Source: Spironucleus salmonicida (taxonomy: Eukaryota). Taken from it: DNA of 48,459 nucleotides. The stretch lies in the NCBI RefSeq assembly GCF_000497125.1, contig NC_090600.1, forward strand, positions 868,001 through 916,459. Reading direction: 5' to 3'. The position numbers and the translations under genes are program-made. Numbering within the stretch: the stretch's first letter is position 1; every line of letters begins with the position of its first letter. The notes under the pieces were generated by a model, which saw only the letters and a program-made list of their open reading frames with translations, ran no database searches and was not told the origin of the DNA. Below, piece by piece: positions 12,301-24,124 of the stretch.

Positions 12301-13827
12301 GAATCAGCTAGACGTGCTACCGCTGGTACCGAGACTGATCTGAGCTAATCTGGTGGGCGTGCTACCGCTGGTACCGAGACTGATCTGAGCTAATCTGGTG
12401 GGTGTGCGGCCGCTGGTACCGAGACTGATCTGAACGAATCAGCTAGACGTGCTGCCGCTGGTACCGAGACTGATCTGAGCTAATCAGCTAGACGTGCTGC
12501 CGCTGGTACCGAGACTGATCTGAACGAATCAGCTAGACGTGCTACCGCTGGTACCGAGACTGATCTGAGCTAATCAGCTAGACGTGCTACCGCTGGTACC
12601 GAGACTGATCTGAGCTAATCTGGTGGGCGTGCTACCGCTGGTACCGAGACTGATCTGAGCTAATCTGGTGGGCGTGCTACCGCTGGTACCGAGACTGATC
12701 TGAGCTAATCTGGTGGGCGTGCTACCGCTGGTACCGAGACTGATCTGAGCTAATCTGGTGGGCGTGCTACCGCTGGTACCGAGACTGATATGAACTAATC
12801 AGCTAGACGTGCTGCCGCTGGTACCGAGACTGATCTGAACGAATCAGCTAGACGTGCTACCGCTGGTACCGAGACTGATCTGAGCTAATCTGGTGGGCGT
12901 GCTACCGCTGGTACCGAGACTGATCTGAGCTAATCTGGTGGGCGTGCTACCGCTGGTACCGAGACTGATATGAACTAATCAGCTAGACGTGCTGCCGCTG
13001 GTACCGAGACTGATCTGAACGAATCAGCTAGACGTGCTACCGCTGGTACCGAGACTGATCTGAGCTAATCAGCTAGACGTGCTACCGCTGGTACCGAGAC
13101 TGATCTGAGCTAATCTGGTAGACGTGCTACCGCTGGTACCGAGACTGATATGAACGAATCTGGTAAGTTAATCAGCAATAGGCTCATAAGCTTGTCTAAT
13201 ACAAACATAATCATTTAGGAAATACAACCCATGAAGCAGCTGCAGCTTCATTCGTCTGTCAGCGATAATGATGGAAAAGTATCCCTAAGTAACGTCCCAT
13301 CCTACGAATCCAATGCGGTTAATAACGACAGCAATGCTCAGTTTTTTAAGCTCGAACTAAAGACCCCCGTTTATAACGATAATCAGCTCTTTTTATCACT
13401 TGATAACAGTACAATCGAGGAGGATAATCCAGAGCAAATCGATTTCAACCAGTCATAATCTACCAGAACTGCAAGCCAGATACCTCTGGCGTGTCAAAAA
13501 CAACCACTGCAGCCCCTCGCAGCCCTGCTAAATCCTAAATTGTCCCGGGAGAGCAAATCCAGTGTTGTTGGCTAGCTCCCACCAATCGGCTAACACCCGG
13601 CTAGACGGCCTGTACAGATTGCTCCAGCTAATAAGCCTCGTCCGATTAGCGGCGATCCGTACGGGCAGGCTGGGCCGAAGCGGCCTAAAAATCAGCGTGA
13701 CAGCCTCTATCTACACGGCGAACGCGACATCTGGGGCGACGACTCGACCACGCTATTTAGGAACCCTCGGATTATAAAAAAAGAAATTGTGAAAAAGGAG
13801 ATTAGTTCCGTGTACGGGAAAAAGTGA
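9331..13827 (+). CDS. Large repeat-containing, probably disordered protein, 1498 aa
   Basis: One frame from ATG 9331 to TGA 13825-13827 (AGTGA) running through the 45-bp array, with unique N-terminal (~230 aa) and C-terminal (~220 aa) parts. Confidence 0.85.
10024..13165 (+). repeat. Coding tandem array, 45-bp (15-aa) unit, 70 copies (last one partial)
   Basis: Unit starts at 10024 and 13129 differ by 69x45 with no net indel. Peptide [T/A]AGTETD[L/M][S/N][Q/E]S[G/A][G/R/K][C/R]A. Confidence 0.98.
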
Positions 13828-13834
13828 TTAAAGC

Positions 13835-14734
13835 TCATTTCACAATCTCGGTTGTCAAAAACTTATGCTTTAGTAGCTCCTCTGCGCTGGGCCTCTTGCT
13901 TTCGTCCTTGCTTAGACACCTTTTAACGAAGTCCTTCAGGTCGTTTAGCCCCTCAAATTCGACTCCAAATTCAACTTTTCCTTCCTAAATCTTCCTCTTC
14001 GTAATTTCGATGTTTTCGTCAAAAAATGGGGGCTGTCCAACACGCATTTCGTACACCAGGATTCCTAGCGCCCATATATCACTTCTGGAGCCGTAGGATT
14101 AGCCCGAGACTACCTGTGGCGGCAAGTAGTCCAAAGTGCCACATTGCGTTCTTCTTCTACTTTGCTGCAAAACTGACTTCGCAGCAATAAGAGGCTGATG
14201 AACCGACCATCCGAAATCTGACAATTTAGGGACTAGATCCATAATGCTAGGTGTCAAAAGGGTTGATTTTTGTAAAGAATTTGCTTGTTTTTATAAGAAG
14301 GGCTATGAATACCCTAAAACTATATTTTCAAGCTTTATATCTCGATGAACGATGGATTTAGAATGAAGGCACGCCAGTGCTTTAGCTATTGCTTTTGTAA
14401 CATGCTAAACCTCCAATGGTGAAAATCTGTTGGTTTCCAAATGTGCGTACAGCTCTCCTCCCGGGCAATATTCTAAAACTAAAACAACTCGCTTATCATC
14501 TTAAAAATACGATAACAATCTAACTATATTAGGGTGTCTAAGATTAGCATGTATATCAAGTTCTCTACGAAGTTACCCCTCGCAGCGTTCTTTCAAAATA
14601 TATTATTTAAAAAGTACTTTCAGTGCTACTAACATGCCAGAAGGTATATGCCGTGCTAAATATACTGTGCCATACTTTCCACGGCCCAAAAACTTACCAA
14701 TTGAAAAATCATCCATCGTAGGAACGGGAAGCAT
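13835..14734 (-). CDS. Aurora-family Ser/Thr kinase, 299 aa
   Basis: [74 protein letters not shown]. Confidence 0.93.
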
Positions 14735-15351
14735 GAAATTTTAGGAACGATAAATATTTTGTAATATATTATATAATATTAAAAATTATTCACCAATCAG
14801 AGTTATCTGACTCTTCTATTAAAATTTCTACACCAGCAGTAAGTAATTGCGCCATATTTTCTTTTTCTTAATAATAAAGTACCACTAAACAGTTTGTCTA
14901 TTAAAAAAATTTATTCTGGTGTTAGATTAATTAATGAGACTGAATATGTTTGCTACTTAATTTATCTAAACGGTTTAAGGTGTTATCAATTAATAATTAT
15001 ATATTTTTGAACTTATGTAGGTTATTTACTTCAGAATTTGCTAGCTGATTAAAATCCTCTTTGAAATCGAAAAAGGACATTATAGATGGTTATAAATTTA
15101 TATATAATACTAGATATCTATATATCCAATCCCTAACAAATATTAAAAATATATTTGAGGAATTTCATTTTTAATTTCGAAACTGTAAAAACTAAGTTAG
15201 CATCAAAATATATAAAAATACTATGAATTTCTCAAGAATTTTATCTATATGATATTAATATATGAAATAGTTAAATATAAAATTTGCACTTTTTCATTAG
15301 GTAAACATCTTTATATTATATAAAGTTAACAATGATTATTGAACTCTAAAA

Positions 15352-15924
15352 ATGTTCACAGTAATTTAAGAAAAATACAAAAAGATTCTGAACTTCCCAC
15401 CAAAATCATAGAAACCTATCACTAAATAGGTCTAAAATAATAGTTATTGCCAAAATCTTAAGATTTAAAGAGAAAATTCTATAACCCTTAAAACTACTTC
15501 ATTTTAAAGCATTCCATCCTCAGCAAATTCTCTAAAAAGAGCCAATTCGTTCGATAACACAGCCTTTAAACCTTCTAAATTGCATCGCAATCTATCTTTA
15601 CAGCCGCAGCAACTACACTTTTACACAAATAATTTATAACGCTACATACCATCTGAACCGCCTACGGACAAGCTGGCTGAGTATTAGAGCCTATCGGCCT
15701 CGTATTTCACCGCTAAGAGCAATGGCCAATTTGGCATGCGGCAAATTAACTATTTTTTCCAGAAATGCAAGAGAACGTCCCGGGGAACTGTAATCGACCA
15801 GGTGTTCAACGACGAAAAGGAGAGCCGGGAGAGCATCATTTTGCCAGTTTCGCAGGTGCTCAGAAAGCACGGCAGAGAGCAAATGCGGTAGCGGTTCGAG
15901 CGCGTGAAGTGGATTTGCGAGTGA
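15352..15924 (+). CDS. Hypothetical protein, 190 aa
   Basis: MFTVIQEKYKKILNFPPK...RFERVKWICE*; stop in AGTGA. Confidence 0.65.
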
Positions 15925-15930
15925 AGTCGA

Positions 15931-16186
15931 ATTTTTGAGTTTTTGAGTTTTTTGAGTTTTTTGAGTTTTTTGCGTTTTTTACAATTTTTACAATTTTTGA
16001 GTTTTTTGAGTTTTTTACAATTTTTACAATTTTTGAGTTTTTTGCGTTTTTTACAATTTTTACAATTTTTGAGTTTTTTGAATTTTTTACAATTTTTACA
16101 ATTTTTGAGTTTTTTGAATTTTTTACAATTTTTACAATTTTTGAGTTTTTTGAATTTTTTACAATTTTTACAATTTTTGAGTTTTG
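15931..16186 (+). repeat. T-rich 9-bp minisatellite with 36-bp higher-order unit
   Basis: Monomers tttttgagt / tttttacaa / tttttgaat / tttttgcgt arranged as (acaa, acaa, gagt, x) blocks. Confidence 0.95.
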
Positions 16187-16843
16187 GCAAAAATGCGTCG
16201 CCTGAAACGGGCTAATTCACGCTTCAAAAGTCGTATTCTACGGTAATTTACCATACTCTAATTGTCGTATTTTGATGTAATTTTCGCTCCTTTTCGAGCC
16301 AAAAAAGTTGGACGAAACGCACAAAACAGCGAATTTAGCCCCAAAATGACGAATTTGGCGCAGCTTTTTCACGCGAAAATGGCGATAATCCGGGAAAAAT
16401 TTGCGGCTGAAAAGACGATTTTGGGCGCGTGAGGGAGCGAAAAGCGAAATTGTTGCGTGAAATTTCAGTTTCAGTGAGGAAAAATTGCGAAATAACGAAA
16501 AGTTGGCGATAACGATTTCTGTAGAATAGTTGCAAATTGGGGTGGAAGGGAGGCGGGTTGCGTAGATGAAGCGGTGTTATTGTGCGGAAACGCAGGAAAT
16601 GGTGAGAAAATTTTTTTTAGAAAATCGATAAAGTGTCGATGATGGGAATCGAACCTTAGACATTAGATTAAAAATATAATTTTTTACCACTAAGCTATGG
16701 AGAAATAATAAATAATTAGTTATAATAAGTAAATAGAAAAGTATGATCGAAGGCTTTGTATAGTTTAAAATATACAAAAAGACATTAAAGTCAGTAACTA
16801 TTATATTGTCCTAGTAAATGAATTAAATTGTGACATCCTTAAA

Positions 16844-16987
16844 ATGCCTTGTGGTAAAAAGAACTGTTGTGGAGGAAAATGCTCATCAAAAGGTTGTGAC
16901 TAACCCGAGCCTTGTGAAGATTGCAATTGTGGGAGAAATGAAGAATTAGCTATTAAAAAATAAAACGGAAAAATTATTCTTATTTGA
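16844..16987 (+). CDS. Small Cys-rich, metallothionein-like peptide, 47 aa
   Basis: MPCGKKNCCGGKCSSKGCDQPEPCEDCNCGRNEELAIKKQNGKIILI*; 8 Cys in the first 29 residues, no aromatic residues. Confidence 0.55.
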
Positions 16988-17470
16988 CACCGTATCTTTT
17001 TCTGAGCATGTTTAGTTTTTCGATTTTATATATAGTAAATAATTTATTAGTTAATGAATTCTAGATATTAAGTTCTTTACATCCAATAAACTTCAGCATA
17101 ATGATAAATTTAAAATAGTTTTACGATATATAAAATTTCATTATCACTGATAAATAGAATAATACAGTTACAACTATAATATTAAGTTAACTACTATTTA
17201 TTTAAAACATTACTACTAATTATGATATATAACACTTATACGATGGTACAGTAATTTAGATTATGGATAGAAACTATTGATTTCAGCTAACCTTAAACTA
17301 CAACATGAAAACAAAATTAAGCACAATCATTGCAATATAGTTATAAATTTAATGATTAATAGATTTTTGCTTAAATTGTATAGATTCAATATATAGAAAC
17401 AAACCGTTTTAACAATATGCAAATATTGTACCCAGGATTCACTGTACTAAAAATATTTTTTTTAAATAAA

Positions 17471-18330
17471 ATGTTTGTTCTCCTTGCTGATCTATATCAC
17501 AATCAGGAGTTCCTTGAAACTATTAAACGTATCCCCAATATGAAATGGAAGATGGTATTCCTAAACGTTTTGAGGGCATGACTGTAAAATAAGTTAGATA
17601 ACTCCTTAGCACAAATATTTAGCATCTTCCATCATATTCTGTGACACTAACAGGAGAAGTTCCAGATTCATGGAACTGGAGTAAAAGGATGCCAAAATGC
17701 TCTGGGCCTGATACTGTTCGGGATTAGGCAGACTGTGGCTCGTGCTGGGCCTTCTCAGCTGTAAATCAGCTTGCTGACAACAGATGTATTTAAAAGTTAG
17801 ACAAAAAACGTATTTAGCTTTCTGAACAATATGTAGTTTCTTGTGACCCAATAAATACTGGATGTGATGGTGGATATATAAAAGTTGTTTAACACTATCT
17901 TATCAATACAGGTACTGTTACGGATAAATGCACACCTTATACTTCTGGTTTATCTGGAAGAGACGGTAAATGTCCTTAAAAATGTAAGGATGATTCTGAG
18001 CTGGAATTTATCAAAGCAACTAAGACTGAAAATGTTTGTGCTGATGAAGAATCTATTAAAGTTGCCATCACTAAAGGTCTTGTTTAAACTGGATTTTCTG
18101 TATTCTCCGATTTCATGTATTATGAAAGTGGAATCTATGAACATACTTCTGGGTCTTTAGAAGGTGGTCATGCTGTAATGTTTGTAGGTTATGGTGAAGA
18201 AAATGGCACCCCTTATTGGACTGTTAAAAACTCATGGGGTAACAGTTTTGGAGAAAATGGTTTCTTCAGAATTATCAGAGGCCAAAATGAGTGTGAAATT
18301 GAAGATGCATGCTTCTTACTTACTCCTTGA
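17471..18330 (+). pseudogene. Cathepsin B-like protease copy 1 with a 1-nt frameshift near 17550 (pseudogene or sequence error)
   Basis: 860 bp against 861 bp for copy 2; tggaagatggtattcc vs tggaaggctggtattcc. The shifted frame hits TGA about 10 codons later. Catalytic region is intact. Confidence 0.75.
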
Positions 18331-19293
18331 ATGAATCCTTTATATTGATTTTTTATCTGAATGTTAAATTATTGATAATAATCATGTGTTAAAAACTAAA
18401 TTTTTAATCATTAACAATTATTTGTGTATGTAAATTAAGTAATAATAATAGTAATACCTTACCTGATTTTGATTTATAAAATATAACAATGAAGAATTAA
18501 TCGGATAATAAACTTTCATTGCTTAATTTAAATAAATCTAATCTAACTAATTATTTATCCAATGTAGGAAATAAAATATCCTAAGAATTACTCAACTAAT
18601 ATCCTAATATTAATAATAATTAATATTCTTGTTTCATCTATAGTTCTTAAAATTAGTTCAGATAAAAAGGGTTAACTTTAATTATCCAAGGATATCTGAA
18701 AATTAACAAATTATGACTGAGAAATAATAAAAATAAGTCCCATTTGAATTAATATGCGTTTCATTTTTATACAATACTTAAAACCAAATAGAGTATTGTG
18801 AATCTATGAATAATATGCTAAAATATTACTTCGACTAATCATATTTTACATTAATAATAGATTAATAAGAGAATTTAAATAGTTTTAAGTTAATATGATC
18901 CTAATATTAATAATAGTTCGTAAGTAGCCAAACTAAATAAGAATACTCAAGTTACTATTTGGTTTCTTTATATTATGAAAGTAGTTAATGTTAGTATGAG
19001 AATAGGTGTTGGCCCTATAATATAGTATTAAAAAATTTAAAAAAATTAGTTAACTTATTATAGGCATTTAAATTTTTATTTAGAATGAAATATACTGTAT
19101 TATATATCAACTAATAAGATTATTAGTTGTTTGACTTAAGTGTATAAGAAAGTACTAAATAAAGTGAGTAAACATACTGTTTGGTGTTTTACTTATTCAT
19201 ATACTATTTATTGTATTATCTTATTTACGTTAAGTGTTTAAATATCATTTACTGTAAATAAACTATCATATTAAACATTTCCATATAATAATA
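17713..19293 (+). repeat. 1581-bp direct repeat, copy 1
   Basis: Matches 20430..22010 (offset 2717); covers the cathepsin catalytic region plus ~960 bp of 3' flank. Confidence 0.95.
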
Positions 19294-20186
19294 TTAGTAG
19301 TAAGTATCCATGAGTAAAAGTGTACTTTAGTAGTCTTCAGTTTCAAAAAAGGCAAGGTGTGTTATGAGCGCCACGTGGTCATAAAAATGGTTTGTCATTT
19401 TGAAGCTGAATACTACAAAAGTATGTTTTTCTGTTGGCTATTTACTACCTTTACATATATTAAAATAACTATAATTAAAACAGTGAAACTAATAAATAGT
19501 ACCTAAATGTCTTTATTAATTGCTTAGTACGCAGATTCTAACTTATAGTAGAATATTAGAGTAGAATTTGTTTTTATACGAAATTTTAATATAATTGTTA
19601 CTAAAAATAATTATTTTTATAACAGATAAAATAGCGTATAACATAAATATTATTATTTAAATATTAATATCTATTTTAGAAGACATGATTATGATTATAA
19701 TTTAATATTAATACTCCTTAATTTATTTCCTCTATAATAAGATGTGCTAATATACTTATTATTTTAATTTTTGTCTAAGAAAACTTTATAATTAATACAA
19801 TAAAGTTTTTATGATTCTTAGATGGTTTATATAAGTGTGAAGTAAGTGGTAAATTAATATATTTAAAAAAACAATATATCATCTAAATATCGTTTAATAT
19901 TATATATTTATCTTTTGAGTAATTAACATTATAGTATATTTTTGACATCAATACTAATTATGAATAAATATATATCAGAGCAATATACCGTAGGAAATTT
20001 AATAATATAATACATCTTAAGTAATAAGAGTAATAAAACTTCCTTAATAAAAAATAAGGCTCAACTGCAGTAATAACTAATTATTTTATAATTACGAAAA
20101 TAAAATTTTCTAAATTTGATTATAAACTATAAAGATTTATTTATCTCATAAAAAATAAATCTGTTCTTAATTCCCGTTTCTAATAA

Positions 20187-21047
20187 ATGTTTGTTGTCCT
20201 GGCTGAGCTCTATCATAAGCAAGAGTTCCTCGAATCTCTAAAGCGTGTGCCTAACATGAAATGGAAGGCTGGTATTCCTAAACGTTTTGAGGGTATGTCT
20301 GCTGTCTAAGTAAAATCTCTATTAAGTAAGAATATGTAGCAACTACCAGCTCCTACCGTGAAGTTAACTGGCGAAGTGCCAGAATTCTGGAATTGGAATC
20401 ATGAAATGCCAGAGTGTGCTGGAGCTAAGACTGTTCGGGATTAGGCAGACTGTGGCTCGTGCTGGGCCTTCTCAGCTGTAAATCAGCTTGCTGACAACAG
20501 ATGTATTTAAAAGTTAGACAAAAAACGTATTTAGCTTTCTGAACAATATGTAGTTTCTTGTGACCCAATAAATACTGGATGTGATGGTGGATATATAAAA
20601 GTTGTTTAACACTATCTTATCAATACAGGTACTGTTACGGATAAATGCACACCTTATACTTCTGGTTTATCTGGAAGAGACGGTAAATGTCCTTAAAAAT
20701 GTAAGGATGATTCTGAGCTGGAATTTATCAAAGCAACTAAGACTGAAAATGTTTGTGCTGATGAAGAATCTATTAAAGTTGCCATCACTAAAGGTCTTGT
20801 TTAAACTGGATTTTCTGTATTCTCCGATTTCATGTATTATGAAAGTGGAATCTATGAACATACTTCTGGGTCTTTAGAAGGTGGTCATGCTGTAATGTTT
20901 GTAGGTTATGGTGAAGAAAATGGCACCCCTTATTGGACTGTTAAAAACTCATGGGGTAACAGTTTTGGAGAAAATGGTTTCTTCAGAATTATCAGAGGCC
21001 AAAATGAGTGTGAAATTGAAGATGCATGCTTCTTACTTACTCCTTGA
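20187..21047 (+). CDS. Cathepsin B-like cysteine protease (papain family C1A), 286 aa
   Basis: DQADCGSCWAFS (Gln/Cys), GCDGG, GGHAV (His), WTVKNSWG (Asn), GENGFFRI. Short pro-region; no His-His occluding loop. Confidence 0.95.
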
Positions 21048-22010
21048 ATGAATCCTTTATATTGATTTTTTATCTGAATGTTAAATTATTGATAATAATC
21101 ATGTGTTAAAAACTAAATTTTTAATCATTAACAATTATTTGTGTATGTAAATTAAGTAATAATAATAGTAATACCTTACCTGATTTTGATTTATAAAATA
21201 TAACAATGAAGAATTAATCGGATAATAAACTTTCATTGCTTAATTTAAATAAATCTAATCTAACTAATTATTTATCCAATGTAGGAAATAAAATATCCTA
21301 AGAATTACTCAACTAATATCCTAATATTAATAATAATTAATATTCTTGTTTCATCTATAGTTCTTAAAATTAGTTCAGATAAAAAGGGTTAACTTTAATT
21401 ATCCAAGGATATCTGAAAATTAACAAATTATGACTGAGAAATAATAAAAATAAGTCCCATTTGAATTAATATGCGTTTCATTTTTATACAATACTTAAAA
21501 CCAAATAGAGTATTGTGAATCTATGAATAATATGCTAAAATATTACTTCGACTAATCATATTTTACATTAATAATAGATTAATAAGAGAATTTAAATAGT
21601 TTTAAGTTAATATGATCCTAATATTAATAATAGTTCGTAAGTAGCCAAACTAAATAAGAATACTCAAGTTACTATTTGGTTTCTTTATATTATGAAAGTA
21701 GTTAATGTTAGTATGAGAATAGGTGTTGGCCCTATAATATAGTATTAAAAAATTTAAAAAAATTAGTTAACTTATTATAGGCATTTAAATTTTTATTTAG
21801 AATGAAATATACTGTATTATATATCAACTAATAAGATTATTAGTTGTTTGACTTAAGTGTATAAGAAAGTACTAAATAAAGTGAGTAAACATACTGTTTG
21901 GTGTTTTACTTATTCATATACTATTTATTGTATTATCTTATTTACGTTAAGTGTTTAAATATCATTTACTGTAAATAAACTATCATATTAAACATTTCCA
22001 TATAATAATA
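20430..22010 (+). repeat. 1581-bp direct repeat, copy 2
   Basis: Matches 17713..19293. Confidence 0.95.
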
Positions 22011-22206
22011 ATATTACCTAACCCTAAATTATATTATATAATGCAAAATTATTTTAAATAACTACTTGATAATAGGATTAATTAAATTTGAAATTTATTA
22101 TAGATGAATTTGTATATATATAGTAGAAGTGATGGATGTAAACATTCATTTATCACAAATTTTTAGTTGCAAAAATACTCAAGTATGGACGATTCTATAC
22201 AGTCTA

Positions 22207-22716
22207 TCACCATAGGAACATTGATGCTATCGCAATATCAGCACTGGAGTCGGCTTATCCAGAGTCTGATGCAGGCATCCAGTCATTATCCGCTGAAATT
22301 AGTGAATCATTATATATTTATGCTTCTGCTGTGTCTTCTTAAGTTTCTAGATCTTCCATATGCGAAGAAGATTCTTATTCATCTTCTACACCTAATATTT
22401 ATTTTATATAATCTGCGAACGATTGTGCATCTTAATTTACACCTTATAGGATCATGATACGTCTAGTTTTCTCACAATATGCTATTCTTTTAATACACAA
22501 TCTAGAGATTTAGTCAGCTGGGATACCCTATATTTTATTGAGTACGGCCTAATATGTATCTGGACTATCAATTAAAAAGTCAGGTTTTAATAAAGTAAAC
22601 TAATAATATAAATGTGATCCTGGTGCCTATACCATACCACTAGTATCAAATTTAAGGCATATTTGCTCCTGAACAGTTAAAAGTGCAACGATAGCTGATA
22701 ACGAAAGTTCATCCAT
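22207..22716 (-). CDS. Hypothetical protein with acidic C-terminal tail, 169 aa
   Basis: MDELSLSAIVALLTVQEQICLKF...LGVEDEQESSSHMEDLE...DIAIASMFLW*. Confidence 0.7.
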
Positions 22717-22967
22717 TTGTAGATTTTATTTTTTTGGGGAACCATCTATATTATGACTAATATTAACTTCTCTCCTTAAGAACTATATTTTTAATCGGGG
22801 TAATAAATAATTATTACCTGTATTTAATCCATTATGGTACAAACCACAATTACCTTCCACTTATAAATTTGATACCTAATTCGTTACTACTAGAAATTTA
22901 TATAGAATAATTTCATCTTATTTCCCCATCTACAAGAATATTATAAATTCACTTAAAAACTCTCACG

Positions 22968-23870
22968 TCACATAAAGTAATCTGGAACTCGACTGGTTAC
23001 TCCGCTGATACCATTTTATCCTTCCCAACCATACTACACAAAATTGTAGCCGATGCCCTCTTGAATCTCCATTACCGCGGCTTTGTTACCGCTTCGATAA
23101 CAATAATTTGGTGCAGAGAACACGGTAACGACTTACTTACCGTGCTGCCACTGGTATCCATCTAGCACCATCTGATGTCCCCGAACAAGCAATTTCAGTC
23201 CATTTTCGCGCAGAAAGCTCTCCGTAACATCCTACCCGAAAGTATAACCTGCACCCCGCATAGACTTCCCGTAACCAGGTCGCGTGTCCGGATCGCTCCA
23301 CATCAGGTCAGTCAGAACGTCATTTTCCTACCCCTTCTCGATTTCAGCGATTTCAGTCAGTGTCTCTGCCATCGGAGATAATCCAGCATGCACGGCCAGT
23401 ATCTTGCCGCCAACCACTGCTGCAATCGGCAGAAATTGGAAAACCTCATTAAACGCGTTGTAAATGCTGACGCTGTTGTAGCGGCTAATGCACTCCGCAT
23501 AGAAGCCGTAGAAGTCACCCATCTGCTTTGTTTCGTGGTTCCCACGCAGTAGGAATACGCGGTTCGGGAATGCCAACTTGGCAGAGAAAACGGTCAGAAC
23601 GGTCTCCAAGGACTACAGACCGCGGTCCACGAAGTCACCCAAGAATAGGTAGTTTGTGTAGGGTGGGATACCAGTCACTTTAAGCATTTCGAGGAAGTCG
23701 CTGAACTGGCCGTGCAGGTCCCCGACGATCGTCAGCGGTGCCGGGACTTGCAACAGGTTAGGCTCATTCTGTAGAACCGGCAGGAGTGCAACAAGGAGGT
23801 TCTGGGCTGCTTCGAGCGACGGCAGCTAGCGGTCGAAAATCAGGCTCGTCAAGATTTGCTGGGGGTTCAT
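22968..23870 (-). CDS. PP2A-like (PP2A/PP4/PP6 group) Ser/Thr phosphatase catalytic subunit, 300 aa
   Basis: [41 protein letters not shown]-terminus RVPDYFM. Confidence 0.95.
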
Positions 23871-23880
23871 TTGGAGTGGT
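23871..23880 (-). promoter_or_regulatory. C-rich promoter/initiator motif ACCACTCCAA directly before the ATG
   Basis: Same or near-identical word upstream of starts at 3631-3640, 24765-24772, 25692-25701, 31464-31470 and 1147-1158(-). Confidence 0.65.
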
Positions 23881-24124
23881 ATGGAATGGAATGTAAATAT
23901 TATATTATATATTATAATAATTAGATAAATAGAAATTGTTTTTGGGGTGGGGATGGTTAATACTGAAGTGAGGAATAGAATTTGAAATAGGTTAATTAGA
24001 CGTATTAAGAGGGTATAGGATATGTAAAGTTTTTGCTAGTTCATTGTTATGAGCTGCTCAATGTGAGATTTTTGGGTAAAATGCAAAGGGATATGTTATT
24101 TTCCATCTCAGTAGGTAAGTAGCA

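Noticed and set aside
10024-13165. CRISPR-like array (constant core plus variable part)
   Set aside because: Variable parts are a handful of recurring variants rather than unique spacers, the array is in frame within a eukaryotic CDS, and no cas genes are present.
14946-15158. 70-codon ORF, and similar short frames in 6920-8400, 18489-18716 and 32400-34300
   Set aside because: With TGA as the only stop, such frames arise by chance in AT-rich DNA; no motif or compositional support.
15750-16215. Track ORFs (KKLKNCKNC repeat and FLQFLS repeat)
   Set aside because: Both are translations of a stop-free minisatellite, and the minus one overlaps a better ORF on the + strand.
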